Program-made: the position numbers and the translations under genes
DNA from: Eledone cirrhosa
Lineage: Eukaryota
DNA: 64,000 nt
Direction: 5' to 3'
NCBI GenBank assembly: GCA_964016885.1
Contig: OZ024742.1
Location: forward strand, 100,006,001 to 100,070,000
Notes under the pieces: generated by a model
Told to the model about the DNA's origin: nothing
What the model saw: the letters and a program-made list of their open reading frames with translations, nothing else
Databases searched by the model: none
Shown here: positions 27,423 through 43,884 of the stretch, one piece after another
Layout of the letters: each line of letters opens with the position of its first letter
Numbering within the stretch: the first letter of the stretch is position 1

Positions 27423-27704
27423 ATGCTTTGGGGGAGGGGGCATGTTGCCAATAAGAAACACACGCACCAGTTGCTTTCACTTCAATTTATTATAAATTAA
27501 ATTTAGGAATTTAGGAATTTATAAATTTCCGGTTGGTTGGTTGGTTCCACAACCAGACGATTGTTCATATATTGTCAAAGTTCTTTCGTTACACATTCTG
27601 TGACCTGTTCAGTGACTGACTATTCTTTTCTTTGTTTTTGTACCTCTCCTTTGTTATGTCCTACGCCTACGCCATCTTGTTTTTGTGTTTTTGTTTCAGA
27701 AACG

Positions 27705-27779
<75 letters not shown>

Positions 27780-27942
27780 TTAAGCAAGGTTCAATGAATA
27801 CATCAAAGAATGAGTTTTACAATAGATTGGAAGCACTCAACAAATTTTTCAGAGTTATTAATATTAATTCAAAATATTAACAAAATAGATATTCTTATGA
27901 TCAAGTATATTTTAAGAATATCTATTTTGTTAATATTTTGAA

Positions 27943-27993
<51 letters not shown>

Positions 27994-28243
27994 AGAAAGG
28001 ATAACAAAATATCGTTATAGGTAATCCAGTTAGAGGTTGTGAATACTTCTTATTGTGGACAGTTTTAGCGTACGGCGTTGTCACTCATTGAAGATCTGAT
28101 CGAGCTAACATCGTATTTAAAATTGAGTGGCACTGCTTTTTTAGTGTTCAGCAACTTTTAGACATCTTTATCAGTGAAACAATTGTTAGACTGTTAATAA
28201 ATCCCTTTTTTTGTACTGTTGACCATGTTATTCTCCGCTTTTT

Positions 28244-28309
<66 letters not shown>

Positions 28310-28554
28310 TTATTTATTTATATAAACATTGCTTATGTACATGCTTATAAATATGCTTATATATATGCTAATATATATATATATAACAGTTCTAGTCCGG
28401 TAAAAACCATTTCTATATTAAATTTTATGCGTACACGCTACTAATGTATTGAGTGCCTTACTTACTGCGCTTACCCCCGATTGAACCCGGGTCACACACA
28501 TCTGCGCGCACACAGACACACACATACACAAATATATATATGTGTGTGTGTGTG

Positions 28555-28614
<60 letters not shown>

Positions 28615-28975
28615 AATTTGAAAAATATCGTGTGGTGAAAATCGTATGCAATGAATTTAAAAACCTGGGCGGAGGCAACGGAAAAAACGGACGAAACATG
28701 AGACAGTTTCTTTTCATCAGTAAACCAATGGAGTTCTTCGTGGTTTCGGTATTTTATATTCGATATCACTAGCTCCAGTGCATAAAGAACAGTAACACAA
28801 CACATGTATTTATGTGTGTATGTGTCTATGTATGTATGTGCGTGAGGAAGAATGAGTGAGGAGAAAGAAAAAAACAAGAAAGACAGGAAAAACACCAAAA
28901 CAATACATATGTATATGAACAAAAGTGGACGGTAGGGATAGACAGAGTAAATGTCAGCAACACAGAGAGAGGTGG

Positions 28976-29045
<70 letters not shown>

Positions 29046-29068
29046 AGAATGAAAGATAGTTAATAGAG

Positions 29069-29106
<38 letters not shown>

Positions 29107-29269
29107 AAAGAAAGAGTGTGGGAGAAGTAGAGAAAAAAGAAAGAAAGAAGGAAAGAAAGAGATATATTGCGGTAGAGAGACGTCTTTATGATAACTATAA
29201 TAATTTATTGCAGACATTAAAAAATGTCACACAGCCAGAACCTGCTGTTTTAAAGGGTATTGTTATTGT

Positions 29270-30085
29270 GATGTGTGTTTATCAGTGTGTGTGTGTCAGT
29301 ATGTGTGTGTGTGCCAGTGTGTGTGTCAGTGTGTGTGTCAGTGTGTGTGTGTCGGTGTGTGTGTCAGTGTGTGTGTTTCGGTGTGTGTGTCAGTGTGTGT
29401 AGCAGCGTGTGTATCAGTGTGTGTGTGTGTGGCAGTGTGTGTCAGTGTGTGTGTGTGTCAATGTGTGTGTCAGTGTGTGTGGCAGTGTGTGTATCAGTGT
29501 GTGTGTGCCAGTGTGTGTGTCAGTGTGTGTGTCAGTGTGTGTGTGCCAGTGTTTGTGTCAGTGTGTGTAGCAGTGTGTGTACCAGTGTGTGTGGCAGTGT
29601 GTGTGTGGCAGTGTGTGTATCAGTGTATTTGCCCGTGTGTGTGTCAGTGTGTGTGGCCGTGTGTGTCAGTGTTTGTGTCAGTGTGTGTGTCAGTGTGTGT
29701 GTCAGTTTGTACATCAGAGTGTGTGTCAGTGTGTGTGTGTCAATGTGTGTGGCAGTGTGTGTGGCAGTGTGTGTATCAGTGTGTGTGCTAGTGTGTGTGG
29801 CAGTGTGTGTGGCAGTGTGTATATCAGTGTGTGTGCCAGTGTGTGTGTCAGTGTGTGTGTCAGTGTATGTAGCCGTGTGTGTGTGTCAGTGTTTGTATCA
29901 GTGTGTGTGGCAGTGTGTGTGGCATTGTGTGTATCGGGTGTGTGTGCCAGTGTGTGTGTCAGTGTGTGTGGCCGTGTGTGTACCAGTGTGTGTGGCATTG
30001 TGTGTGTCAGTGTGTGTGCCAGTGTGTGTGTCAGTGTGTGTGGCCGTGTGTGTACCAGTGTGTGTGTGTGTCAGTGTGTGTGTAT
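29270..30085. repeat. Compound (GT)n minisatellite of CAGTGTGTGTGT-type units
   Basis: Tandem 10-16 bp units; the Val/Cys ORFs here are artefacts. Confidence 0.9.
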
Positions 30086-30493
30086 AGATATGTATGTTTT
30101 GTCGGTGTTTGTTTGTGTATTAAGCATGGGTTGTGGGTTTTGTGCATACATGAAATGTGTGTGTGTGTGTGTGTATGTATGTGTGTATGTGTGCATTAAG
30201 AATGGGTTGTGGGTTTTGTGCATACATGCAATGTGAGTGTGTGTGTGTGTGTGTGAGTGCGCGTGTGTATGTATGTGTGTATGTGTGTATGTATGTGTTT
30301 GTGTGTTTGTGAGTGTCCGTGTTAGTATCTATGTATGTTACTGTGTGTATGATGTGTATGTGCGTAATTGGATGCGTGTTGAGGGAGGGGGGATGGTATA
30401 ATGGTTGGGGCGGCGCTGTGAAAGTGAGACCGGGGTGTAAGGTTAGATGCCACCAACTCCTCGCACGCCCATGTCAGTTACCAATTATTTTAT

Positions 30494-31585
30494 ACCACCA
30501 CCGCCACCACCAACTACCGCCACAACCACTACCACCACTACCACCAGTACCACCACCAGTACCGCCACCAGAACCACTACTACCAGTAACACCACCACCA
30601 GTACTACTAACACTGCCACCACAACCACTACCACCAGTACCACCACCAGTACCCCTACTACCAGTAACACCACCACCAGTACTACTAACACTGCCACCAC
30701 AACCACTACCACCAGTACCACCACCAGTACCACCAGAACCACTACTACCAGTAACACCACCACCAGTACTACTAACACTGCCACCACAACCACTACCACC
30801 AGTACCACCACCAGTACCAACAGAACCACTACTACCAGTAACACCACCACCAGTACTACTAACACTGCCGCCACAACCACTACCACCAGTACCACCACCA
30901 GAACCACTACTACCAGTAACACCACCACCAGTACTACTAACACTGCCGCCACAACCACTACCACCAGTACCACCACTACCACCACCAGAACCCCTACTAC
31001 CAGTAACACCACCACCAGTACCCCTACTACCAGTAACACCACCACCAGTACCACCACCAGTACCCCTACTACCAGTAACACCACCACCAGTACTACTAAC
31101 ACTGCCACCACAACCACTACCACCAGTACCACCACCAGTACCCCTACTACCAGTAACACCACCACCAGTACTACTAACACTGCCACCACAACCACTACCA
31201 CCACCAGTACCACCACCAGAACCACTACTACCAGTAACACCACCACCAGTACTACTAACACTGCCGCCACAACCACTACCACCACTACCACCACCATTAC
31301 CACCAGTACCACTACTACTAGTAACACCACCACCAGTACTACTAACACTGCCACCACCACCACTACCACCAGTACCACCACTACCACCACCAGAACCACT
31401 ACTACCAGTAACACCACCACCAGTACTACTAACACTGCCACCACCACCACTACCACCAGTACTACGACCACCACAACCACTACCTCCAGTACCACCCCCA
31501 CCAGTACTACTAACACTGCCGCCACAACCACTACCACCAGTACTACCACCACCACAACCACTACCTCCAGTACCACCACCATCAA
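30494..31585. repeat. Higher-order ACC/ACT trinucleotide minisatellite (~60-75 bp units)
   Basis: Recurrent CTACTACCAGTAACACCACCACCAGTACTACTAACACTGCC block. Confidence 0.9.
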
Positions 31586-32121
31586 CAGCACCGTCGCACC
31601 AATACAATGCTACAACCACCCTCTGTTTAGCAAAAGGTCCTCTGCGTGACTACACACACTGCAAGAAATTACTGACAAATGTTCCACAAATGCTACCACA
31701 GTGCTTTTAAAATGATTAAGTATACAGAAAATAAGGCAAGATGGTCACAGCTTGAAAGCTGATTGATTGATGTAACTAACAGTTAGTAAGTATAGCTGGC
31801 CTCCTCTGAGGTTGTATTATTTTGATGTATCATGATGGTGATGATAATAATCATGATGATGGATCCTCCGTCGGTTTCGACTGTGATCAACTAAATATAC
31901 AACTCATGAATTAACATGTAAGTGGTTCAGTATCCCACAGACGCTTTTGCATTTAACTTAACCCAACTCGAATCAGCGTGAGACAGTATGTGATAATACA
32001 GCATGTATGCACGTCAGGGTCTGTGTTGTACATTGTGATGTTGTTGGATACGGAAAACCTTGATTCTCTTGTTAGGAGGAATTCCTTTTGTGAATATTTG
32101 AAGTTTCTAAAAACGACTTTA

Positions 32122-32272
32122 TGTGCGGTGAATTGGCAGATTCGTTAGAACGTCAGATAGAATGATTTATGGTATTCGTTCCGGATCCCTACTCTGTGAG
32201 TTCAAATCCTACCGAGGTCAACTTTGCCTTTCATCCTTTGGGGGTCGATGAAAACAGTACCAGTCTAGTACT
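32122..32272 (+). mobile_element. Diverged SINE family 2; a further inverse remnant lies at ~32790-32915
   Basis: GAGTTCAAATCCTACCGAGGTCAACTTTGCCTTTCATCCTTTGGGGGTCGAT. Confidence 0.75.
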
Positions 32273-33230
32273 AGATACTTCCTCTACATCTCTTTCACAT
32301 TTCCTCTCTCTCACTTTCTATCTTTCTTTGGAAGAAATCTGCTGAACTCAGGCTTGGATAGGTATGGGCTCCACCAGGCTTAAAATACCGAAGAAACGCC
32401 GTATGTCAATACGGCGTCCCTACGACTCTATCACGAGTTACTGGACCATACAAAAAAACGACTTTGCTTTCTTCATTGATGGTGAATAGGATCAACTAAA
32501 ACCGTTTCAAAGCTGTGAGCCAACATGGCCACGCTCTAATTACTAAGATCAGTGAAAAAAATGTAAAACATTGTATGAGTGTACGACAATGGCGTCCTTC
32601 TCATTAAGTCACATCAATTTCGCTGCAGTTACTGCTTCAACTGTCACACACAATCGAGTATGACTTGAGAGTATATACCATGCTTTCGCTAAGGGTTTTC
32701 GCAGATACAAAGACCTTTTCGACTATCCCCCATTTGAACCAGCAGAACATTTAGAATGTGATAGCTGGACGAAGAGAACGATACACCAGCACTGGACAGT
32801 TACTTTTTTATTGACCCCGAAAGGATGAAAAGCACTGTGAAGCTCGGCAGGATTTGAACTCATAACACAAAATGAAAATCTAACTCTCTAACGATTCAGC
32901 CAAATCGACCGCCTTATTGCAGTTACTATTATCATACATATATATTCACTGAGTCAGAATGTTTACATACCAGCAATTGAACTTATGGAACTTTTTCTAT
33001 GACCTCTGCTACCCTCATATGTGTATCAGTTACTGTCGAAAATAAATCATCTGGTAGTGAAGACTTGGTGATTAATGCTTTAGTCTGTTCCATGCAACGT
33101 GTTTGTTTATACTATTGTGGGGGATCTACTAGAATTGTGCAGTTATGTAGATTATATACGATGTAGATGACAAATAAACTAATAAAAGAATAAATAAAAA
33201 AACGAATACAAACACAAATCCCACTCACAT

Positions 33231-33313
<83 letters not shown>

Positions 33314-33364
33314 ACTGCATTGTTCCTTTAGCTGTTTTCCGTTTACTTTTCGCATATATATATA

Positions 33365-33472
33365 ACAAAGAAAGTGTGATAGGAAACCAAGTGGACCATA
33401 ACGCACCAGAGTGCTCGATACTTAGGGTAGTAGAGTGGGTAATAGGAAAAGAGTCAGGGGGGTTCTGACTCT

Positions 33473-33475
<3 letters not shown>
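33365..33475 (-). mobile_element. Isolated terminal fragment of the 56118-57995 PLE family
   Basis: GGACCATAACGCACCAGAGT..TACTTAGGGTAGTAGAGTGGG matches 56148-56205; sits between TA tracts. Confidence 0.75.
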
Positions 33476-33537
<62 letters not shown>

Positions 33538-33658
33538 CTTTATTTACATGTCCCAACGACTATTTTTAGCCTTTGCTCGCATCAACCGGAGGTATATGGT
33601 CTTTAAAGCGATGAAATACCAATGATGTTGGAAGATCACTGATGAAGGACTAACTTTA

Positions 33659-33763
<105 letters not shown>

Positions 33764-33817
33764 CGGCGATGAATTAGTTTAGCGAGGTTTTTTATATGAA
33801 ATCGTGTGTCGAAACAA

Positions 33818-36483
33818 ATATTGTTATACTTTGGGAGGGTCATATTTGTGTAATATTGCCAGAATTAATAACAGAACACACTCACTGTTTGGTTGGTTTT
33901 CGCTTCTCGCTGTCTTTTATATATATATATCTGCGATCTAACTTACTCGGTCCTCAATGTTGCCATTGACTGACCGACGGTCAAAAATATTACAGATACA
34001 ATATAGACATAAACAGATATATATAGTTTACATAATTTACATAAATCTTTCGTTGCACATCTGCAACATCGTCAGTGGTGTTATATTTTCCTCCTGTTGT
34101 GTTGTATGTCTACGCCATTTTTTATTCAGTCTGTCTATATATTTATTTATTTATTTGCTTGTGTGTTTATTTTATTTTGTCTTCTTTGCGCATGCGTTTG
34201 CGTGTGTGTATAGCGTTATGTTTGCTGTGTGACTAGTGTGTATAGTGTTGTGTTTGCTGGGTGACTAGTGTGTGTTTATGTGCTTGTTGTTATTGTGCTT
34301 GTGTATGTATTTATTTATCTTATTTTATTTACTTATTTATACTTCTCTTAGGTCAGTGTTGTTTGTTTGGGTGTTGTTGCTATTCCACTCATTCTTTCTG
34401 TTTAGCTTTGGTCTTCTAATTTCTATTTCACTGGCCTCTCTGATTTGCCTATCTGCTGGGTCATTTATATGTTTAGATATTATTCTAATTTCTATGTTGT
34501 CTATGTTACCGTCATGTTGTTGTCTAGCATGTTCGTATAGTACTGACCCGTTTTTTCGTCCTTTTAGTTCCCCCCAGTGTTGGTCTATCCTTTCACCTAT
34601 GCTACGAGCTGTCTCACCTATGTATGTTGTTGTCATGTTTCTGCAAGTACTCTCTGTACATCTTATGCTATAGACTACGTTTCTAGTTTTACAGTTTATC
34701 CGGGGGTTCACCTTATATATGATACATTTCCTATTGGTACAGTGGGTTTTCTTAAAAGGGTAGGTTTTGCTGATCAGGGATTTTATGGTGGTTCCTGGCT
34801 TTTCTACCACCTTTATTTTTAAGTGGGTCCTTCTCAGGGCCTTTCTACACTGGTTAGCTAATTTCCCTCCAGGGATGGCGTCCACAAACATGACACTCTG
34901 GTATCTCTGATTGTCGTACCATGATGTGGCTTTCCCTATCTTATGTCTAGCCCTATCTAAGCTATTCCATGATTTGCTCCTGTATAATGGGCAAATTCCT
35001 TTCATGTCCAGTTCTATGAGGGTCTTTTACTTTTCCATGGCTCTTTCGTATACTCTGACTCTGTCTCTTTGGTTGTAGCCAGAGAACTGCACGCGGTTGA
35101 TGAAGTGTTGGATGTGTCTTTCCATTTCTGTTGGGTCGCACATGCTGGACACATTCTTCATCACTCGTACCAAATCTGCGATCAGAATATTAAACTTAGC
35201 ACTACTGGACATTGCTGAGTTTTTGAGTATCAGGTATTTGGAGGCCATGGGTTTAGCATAGTGTGAGTGGAGAATTTGGGCTATCTCGTCTATAGTGTTA
35301 ATCCAGAGTTCTGTGTCTAATACAGGTAGTCTATTGTTAGGGTGTTTGGAAGGGAAGTCGATAGTTACAGTTATACTCTGGTGTATGGAATTAGCTATCT
35401 GCTGGATGCTTTCCATCGTGCTACGTTCTAAATCATGGTTGTCTAGGTAGTCAGTGTCGTAGGTAAGTCTAAATAGGAGGCCCAGTTCGTCTGTGTCGAC
35501 GTCGCAGAACTCCACCTCACTCTCAATGATCATCTCCACACATCTTTTCACAGCAAAATCAATGTTAATGGATGGGTACAGTGACACCACATCCATGCTG
35601 CCTATTATGCAGTTGGATAGGTTCCTGTTTTTGTTGCACTCACTGATTCTGCTGAGGAGGTCCTCTGTACTGTCACATACATCTGGGGACATCTTGATTA
35701 TGGGGCGTATAACCATTGAGAGGAAGTAGGAAATCCTGTAGTTGCTAGCTATATTAGCTCCGCATACGGGTCTTGTTGGTGGTCCTGTTGTCGGGTCGTC
35801 GACTGTCTTGTGGTCTTTGCGGAGTCCATATAAGGGTGGTATGCTATTGTTAGACGCCTGGAAGTTGTTGGCGGTGCGTCTGCTTGGCTTTAGGATGTCA
35901 GTCCACATCATCATGTGAGCGTTGAGGATTTTTTCTCTCCCATCGTGTGTTTGTTGTGCAACTTCGCTCGTGTTGGTGATGTGGGGTTGTATAGCCTCGA
36001 TGTAGTTCGGCATGCTATCTATTGACATCCTACCAGACTTATCTGTGGGTAGACACACTACCTCACCATCCCTTGTGCGCTGCTTGAGGCTAACCAAGCC
36101 TTCTACAGGTTTTCTCCCAAGTTGTTGGGCCTCTGGTCTGCTCTGTCTCTTAGTATACCTGTCTACTATTTGTCTAATCTTATTTCTAGCTATGGTGAAC
36201 TGTGCCTCTGTCTCGTCATCTATTTGTTGTGGTATGCAACTGACGATGTTGCAGATGTGCAACGAAAGATTTATGTAAATTATGAAAACTATATATATGT
36301 GTTTATGTCTATATTGTATCTGTAATATTTTTGACCGTCGGTCAGTCAATGGCAACATTGAGGACCGAGTAAGCTAGATTGCAGATATAAGAGACAGCGA
36401 GAAGCGAAAACCAACCAAACAGTGAGTATGTTCTGTTATTAATTCTGGCAATATTACACAAATATGACCCTCCCCAAGTATAG

Positions 36484-36487
<4 letters not shown>
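33818..36487 (-). mobile_element. Penelope-like element, copy A (RT + GIY-YIG with Cys linker), 5'-truncated, with inverted terminal duplication
   Basis: RT motifs YGLRKDHK, PTRPVCGA, SMDVVSLYPSI and LPVLD; endonuclease CTNRKC..CKTRNVVYSIRC..YIGETARS..H..H. Region 36238-36487 is the reverse complement of 33818-34076. TA tracts lie at or near both ends. Confidence 0.92.
34040..34080 (-). ncRNA. Hammerhead core in the 3' terminal repeat of PLE copy A
   Basis: CTGACGA-T-GTTGCA-GATG-TGCAAC-GAAA on the minus strand. The same motif occurs at 36238-36275 (+) and 40465-40505 (-). Stems I and III are weak. Confidence 0.6.
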
Positions 36488-36573
<86 letters not shown>

Positions 36574-37135
36574 TGTCGGTACACCAGCATGGTCATATTT
36601 TGAAGACTGACAATTAAAACAATAATAATATGTGTCTGTGTAGTGTGGTGTTTCTTTTATAGGAGGATGTATTTTGCTTGAACCATAGTAGAGAAAACTG
36701 TTTTTAGAGTGTCCCAGCAATGCAAATAGGACATTAAATGTTCAAATTCACGATAACAAATATGTTCTAATGTTTTCTTCTAAGCTGTTTAAATAGTCCT
36801 TAATATTTCGGAATACTAATTTTTACCGTCAAAAGAAATGTTAAGAAAACTAAGTCAGAACAGATTACTCTGTGTTGTTCTAATGCTTGTATAGCTCCTA
36901 TTCTTTTCTGCCTTCAGACATTACATTGCAGATATATTCAATTATCTATATAATTTAGTCGATTACAATCGACACCTAGTACTTATTTTTTCAATCGGAT
37001 ATTTATATCGATTTCTTTTCTCTCGAAATGCGAATTTACGGCACATCAACGCAGACACACAAACGTAAATATTTTTTTATGCGGAATGGCGGCTCCAAAT
37101 TATCTACATCAGGCACGTCAAACATGCGGCCCGCG

Positions 37136-37670
37136 GTAACAACCTATTATTCCTATGTGTGTTAAACACACATAGGAAGGTTGTTACCAAAGAGCCAGAA
37201 GATTGACAAGCCGACCCTAAATATGACTAATAGCACCAGAAAAGCCAAGAACGACACCACATCTTTTTAAATTTGATTTTGAAAGTAGGTTTATAGTTAT
37301 TAATTTTGATTACACTTTTGTAGCTGTCCCGGCCGCCTAGTTTGAAGAATCTTAGACCGTGGTGATCCTGATCTGAAGTTCGATCCTGGTCGGGAGCAGG
37401 GTTCCCAGTAAACCTTTTCAGTTTTTTTCTATGAGATATAAAGTAAAAACTCAAAAAGATTACATGCAACTCATGAGCGGGATTGAACCCAAGACTAGGA
37501 TCACCACCCTCTCTCGTACCTGCCGCTAGGCCACTTAGACAACTATGAAAATCTTATGAAAATTCATATTTATAAACCTACTTTCAAAATTTTCAAAACA
37601 AAGTGTTGTGGCGTCGTTCATGTCTTTCTTAATGTTATTGCTCCTACTTAAGGTCGACTTCTAAATCCTT
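37136..37670. mobile_element. Inverted-repeat element with two convergent tRNA-like cassettes; second copy at ~38001-38350
   Basis: Arms ~37205-37390 and ~37480-37665 are imperfect inverted repeats, each with A/B-box-like motifs (GTTCGATCC on +; TGGCCTAGCGG and GGTTCAATCCC on -). Confidence 0.7.
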
Positions 37671-37770
37671 TGGGTGTTCCATAAACTACATCCTCGCTTT
37701 GTTACTCATCTATCTAGACAATATTTTAACCTGTAATCCATGTTTCTTTTCTGTCGCACCTCATTTATCC

Positions 37771-37850
<80 letters not shown>

Positions 37851-38632
37851 TTCTGTGATATTTGAATCTACTATGATTTGGTCTTACCTTACTCATATAT
37901 GTATGTGTTTTTGCATGTCAGTTAGATTAAAACTTACAATGATTGGCATTATATATATAGTATTTGTTTGCTAAATTAATTAAATTAAATCAATTCAACA
38001 GTTAAACACACATAGGAATAATAAAGTTGTTACCAAAGAGCCAGAACATTGACAAGTTGACCCTAAATATGACTAACAGCTCTGGGAAAGCCAAATACGA
38101 CACCACATCGTTTTAACTTTGATTTTGAAAGTAGGTTTATAATTATTAATTTTCATTACAGTTTTGTAGCTGTCTCGGTGGCCTAGTTGGAGGAATCATA
38201 GACGCTGGTGATCCTGGTCTGAAGTTCGGTCCCGGTAACCTTTTCAGTTTTTTTCTATTGGATGTAAAATAAAAACTAAAGAAGATTGAACCCAAGACCA
38301 GCATCTCTACTGTCTCTAGTAGCTACCGCTAGGCCACTGAGACAGCTACGGAAAAAACCACCTTTCGGGTGGTTTTCTGCTAGCATGTATAGTGTGTATA
38401 TTGATATTATACGCAAGTATATATACATGTAGATATGATACTTCAAATAAAATCGCCACCGGAAGGGTTGATATCACACACTCTCTCTTTCTATATATAT
38501 GGTAGTTAAAGTGGTGGGGGTGGCAACGATATACCGGAAGTGCAACTTTGAAAAGAAGTTAATTTTAAATTATTTATTTTTACGAAATTTAGTAGATAAA
38601 TTATGTAATATTCATTCATTATTTAGTAAAAG

Positions 38633-39212
38633 TAAGGGCGGTGGATTGGCAGTATCGGTAGAGGGTCGGACGCCATGCTTTCCAGCATAGTTACGTCCTT
38701 TACGATCTGAGTTCAAATCCCGCCGAGGTTGACTTTGCCTTTCATCCTTACGGGGTCGATAAAATAAAGTACCCGTAATGCACTGGATAATTGCTGGCCT
38801 TGTGCCAAAAGTAGAAACAATTATTTATTCAAAGTAAGGGCGGTGGATTGGCAGTATCGGTAGAGGGTCGGATGCCATGCTTTGACGCCAAGAGTTCAAA
38901 TCCCGCCGAGGTTAACTTTGCTTTTCATCCTTACGGGGTTGATAAAATAAAGTACCAGTAATGCACTGAGTAATTGCTGGCCTTGTGCCAAAAGTAGAAA
39001 GAATTATTTATTCAAAGGGGCGGTGGATTGGCAGTATCGGTAGAGGGTCGGACGCCATGCTTTGATGCGTACTTACGGCCCTTGCCATTCTGAGTTCAAA
39101 TCCCGCCCAGGTTAACTTTGCCTTTCATCCTTACAGGGTCGATAAAATAAAGTACCAGTAATGCACTGGATATTTGCTGGCCTTGTGTCAAAAGTAGAAA
39201 CAATTATTTCCT
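38633..39212 (+). mobile_element. Three head-to-tail copies of tRNA-derived SINE family 2 (Deu/Nin-like central block)
   Basis: Unit GGGCGGTGGATTGGCAGTATCGGTAG..GAGTTCAAATCC..GAGGTTAACTTTGCCTTTCATCCTTACGGGGTCGATAAAATAAAGTACC..CTGGCCTTGTGCCAAAAGTAGAAAC starts at ~38635, ~38837 and ~39016. Confidence 0.92.
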
Positions 39213-40127
39213 CAAAGTAATCCAACTTACTTTACTAACGGGATAAAAAAATAAATAAACCGTACGCAGTCCCGCAGACCATCCTGTATTATAGTTTAGA
39301 TTCATGAATGCTGCTAAAACATTTGTATGTACATTGTATGTTTCTAAATTTAAGAAACATTTTTCTGCAATAAATTTTATTAAATAACTTTAATTAGTTG
39401 TAATGTGCACAATTAGTTGTCCATTACGGCCCTCAATCAACACATATGTGACCCATGAGACCTTTGGGGGTCCTCAGTTTGATATGCCAGATCTACATGT
39501 TTGCAATACTTCAGTTATGTTCATTATATACATAAATAATTTATATATGAGAAACTGAGAGGATTTATAGAATGTTTTTTACTAAAGAAAAATCGTCTAA
39601 ATAATAAGGTATATAAGACACTCTTAACGGAAAAAAATTGTCATTAGCACCTACAAAGTTAGAACACACTCCTTCGTGTTTGCTGTACAGAAATGCTATA
39701 ATTACACCGAAGTGCCCGTCTCAATTGCTCAATTGCCTCCGTTATTTTAAAGCTATGCATAGGAAGCAAGAGATAAACAAACGAACGAGTGTTTTGGGAC
39801 GATGAGAAAACATTTTGACTTATGAAACATTGGAAGAATTTTCAACTAGAAATGTAAGTGTACCAATGCAGGAAAGATGGTGTGTGTAATAGTAGAAGAA
39901 ATCGTGTAAATACAACTGGAGACGAACAAAAATGAACAGAGGCCCCTGCATGGAACTAACCCCACACATATTGGGGTTAGGCTAAAAGGGTCATAGTTTG
40001 AAAAAATGAGTTTTATTTTTTTGCATAATACCTGGAAATATGAAGAGTTGAAATTATTGCAATCAAGATTTCACAGCTCTAGCATCACTCCTTCATAGCC
40101 AGCCTACTAACTTCTCAGACCACCCTC

Positions 40128-43292
<3,165 letters not shown>

Positions 43293-43369
43293 ATATGAGG
43301 GAATGAATTCTGTGAGAGAACATCGTTATTTTTTCTCCCTCATATCAAGAATTTGAAGACAATTCATTT

Positions 43370-43443
43370 CCACCTGATGAGATCAGTGATAATCGATCAT
43401 GGCTTCACAATCGATCTATCTCTTATTGAAACATGTGTCGTGA
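43370..43443 (+). ncRNA. Minimal hammerhead motif
   Basis: CAC-CTGATGA-GAT...ATCTC..GAAACATGTGTC-GTG; sits in a short TA-flanked segment. Confidence 0.5.
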
Positions 43444-43618
43444 TTAAATGATTGGAATTTGACCTTGCCTTCGGATTTTCATTTTGATACTTATTCTCCG
43501 TTTTACATCATCTAGCTGTTCCCTCGAATGGAATTGGAGATATACAAAAGCGTGGAGAACTTAATATTGCTAACATAAAGTTATTGGACCATTTTACACA
43601 ACCAATAATGCACCTTAC

Positions 43619-43749
<131 letters not shown>

Positions 43750-43830
43750 TATATATATAATATATATATATATATAATATATATATATATATATAATATA
43801 TATAATATATATATATATATAATATATATA

Positions 43831-43882
<52 letters not shown>

Positions 43883-43884
<2 letters not shown>

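Larger units (their letters stand above)
37110..39490. mobile_element. Non-autonomous hAT (Charlie-like) element carrying nested insertions
   Basis: Ends CAGGCACGTCAAAC and GTTTGATATGCCAG (11/14 inverted match), GCGGCCCGCGG subterminal motif, 8-bp TSD ATCTACAT at 37102-37109 and 39491-39498. Confidence 0.8.

Noticed and set aside
28690-28725. CTGATGA..GAAACTGTC on the minus strand
   Set aside because: No stem II between the core halves.
36238-36358. N-terminus MLPLTDRRSK.. of the 35027-36358 ORF
   Set aside because: It comes from the inverted terminal repeat fused in frame by chance; the same peptide appears at 33957 and 40392.
38633-39212. Regularly spaced direct repeats resembling a CRISPR array
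   Set aside because: The units are whole SINE copies with no unique spacers, in a eukaryotic context with no cas genes.
39745-39860. Possible host exon ending in GTAAGT
   Set aside because: Stops in the frames from the candidate acceptors and no recognisable homology.
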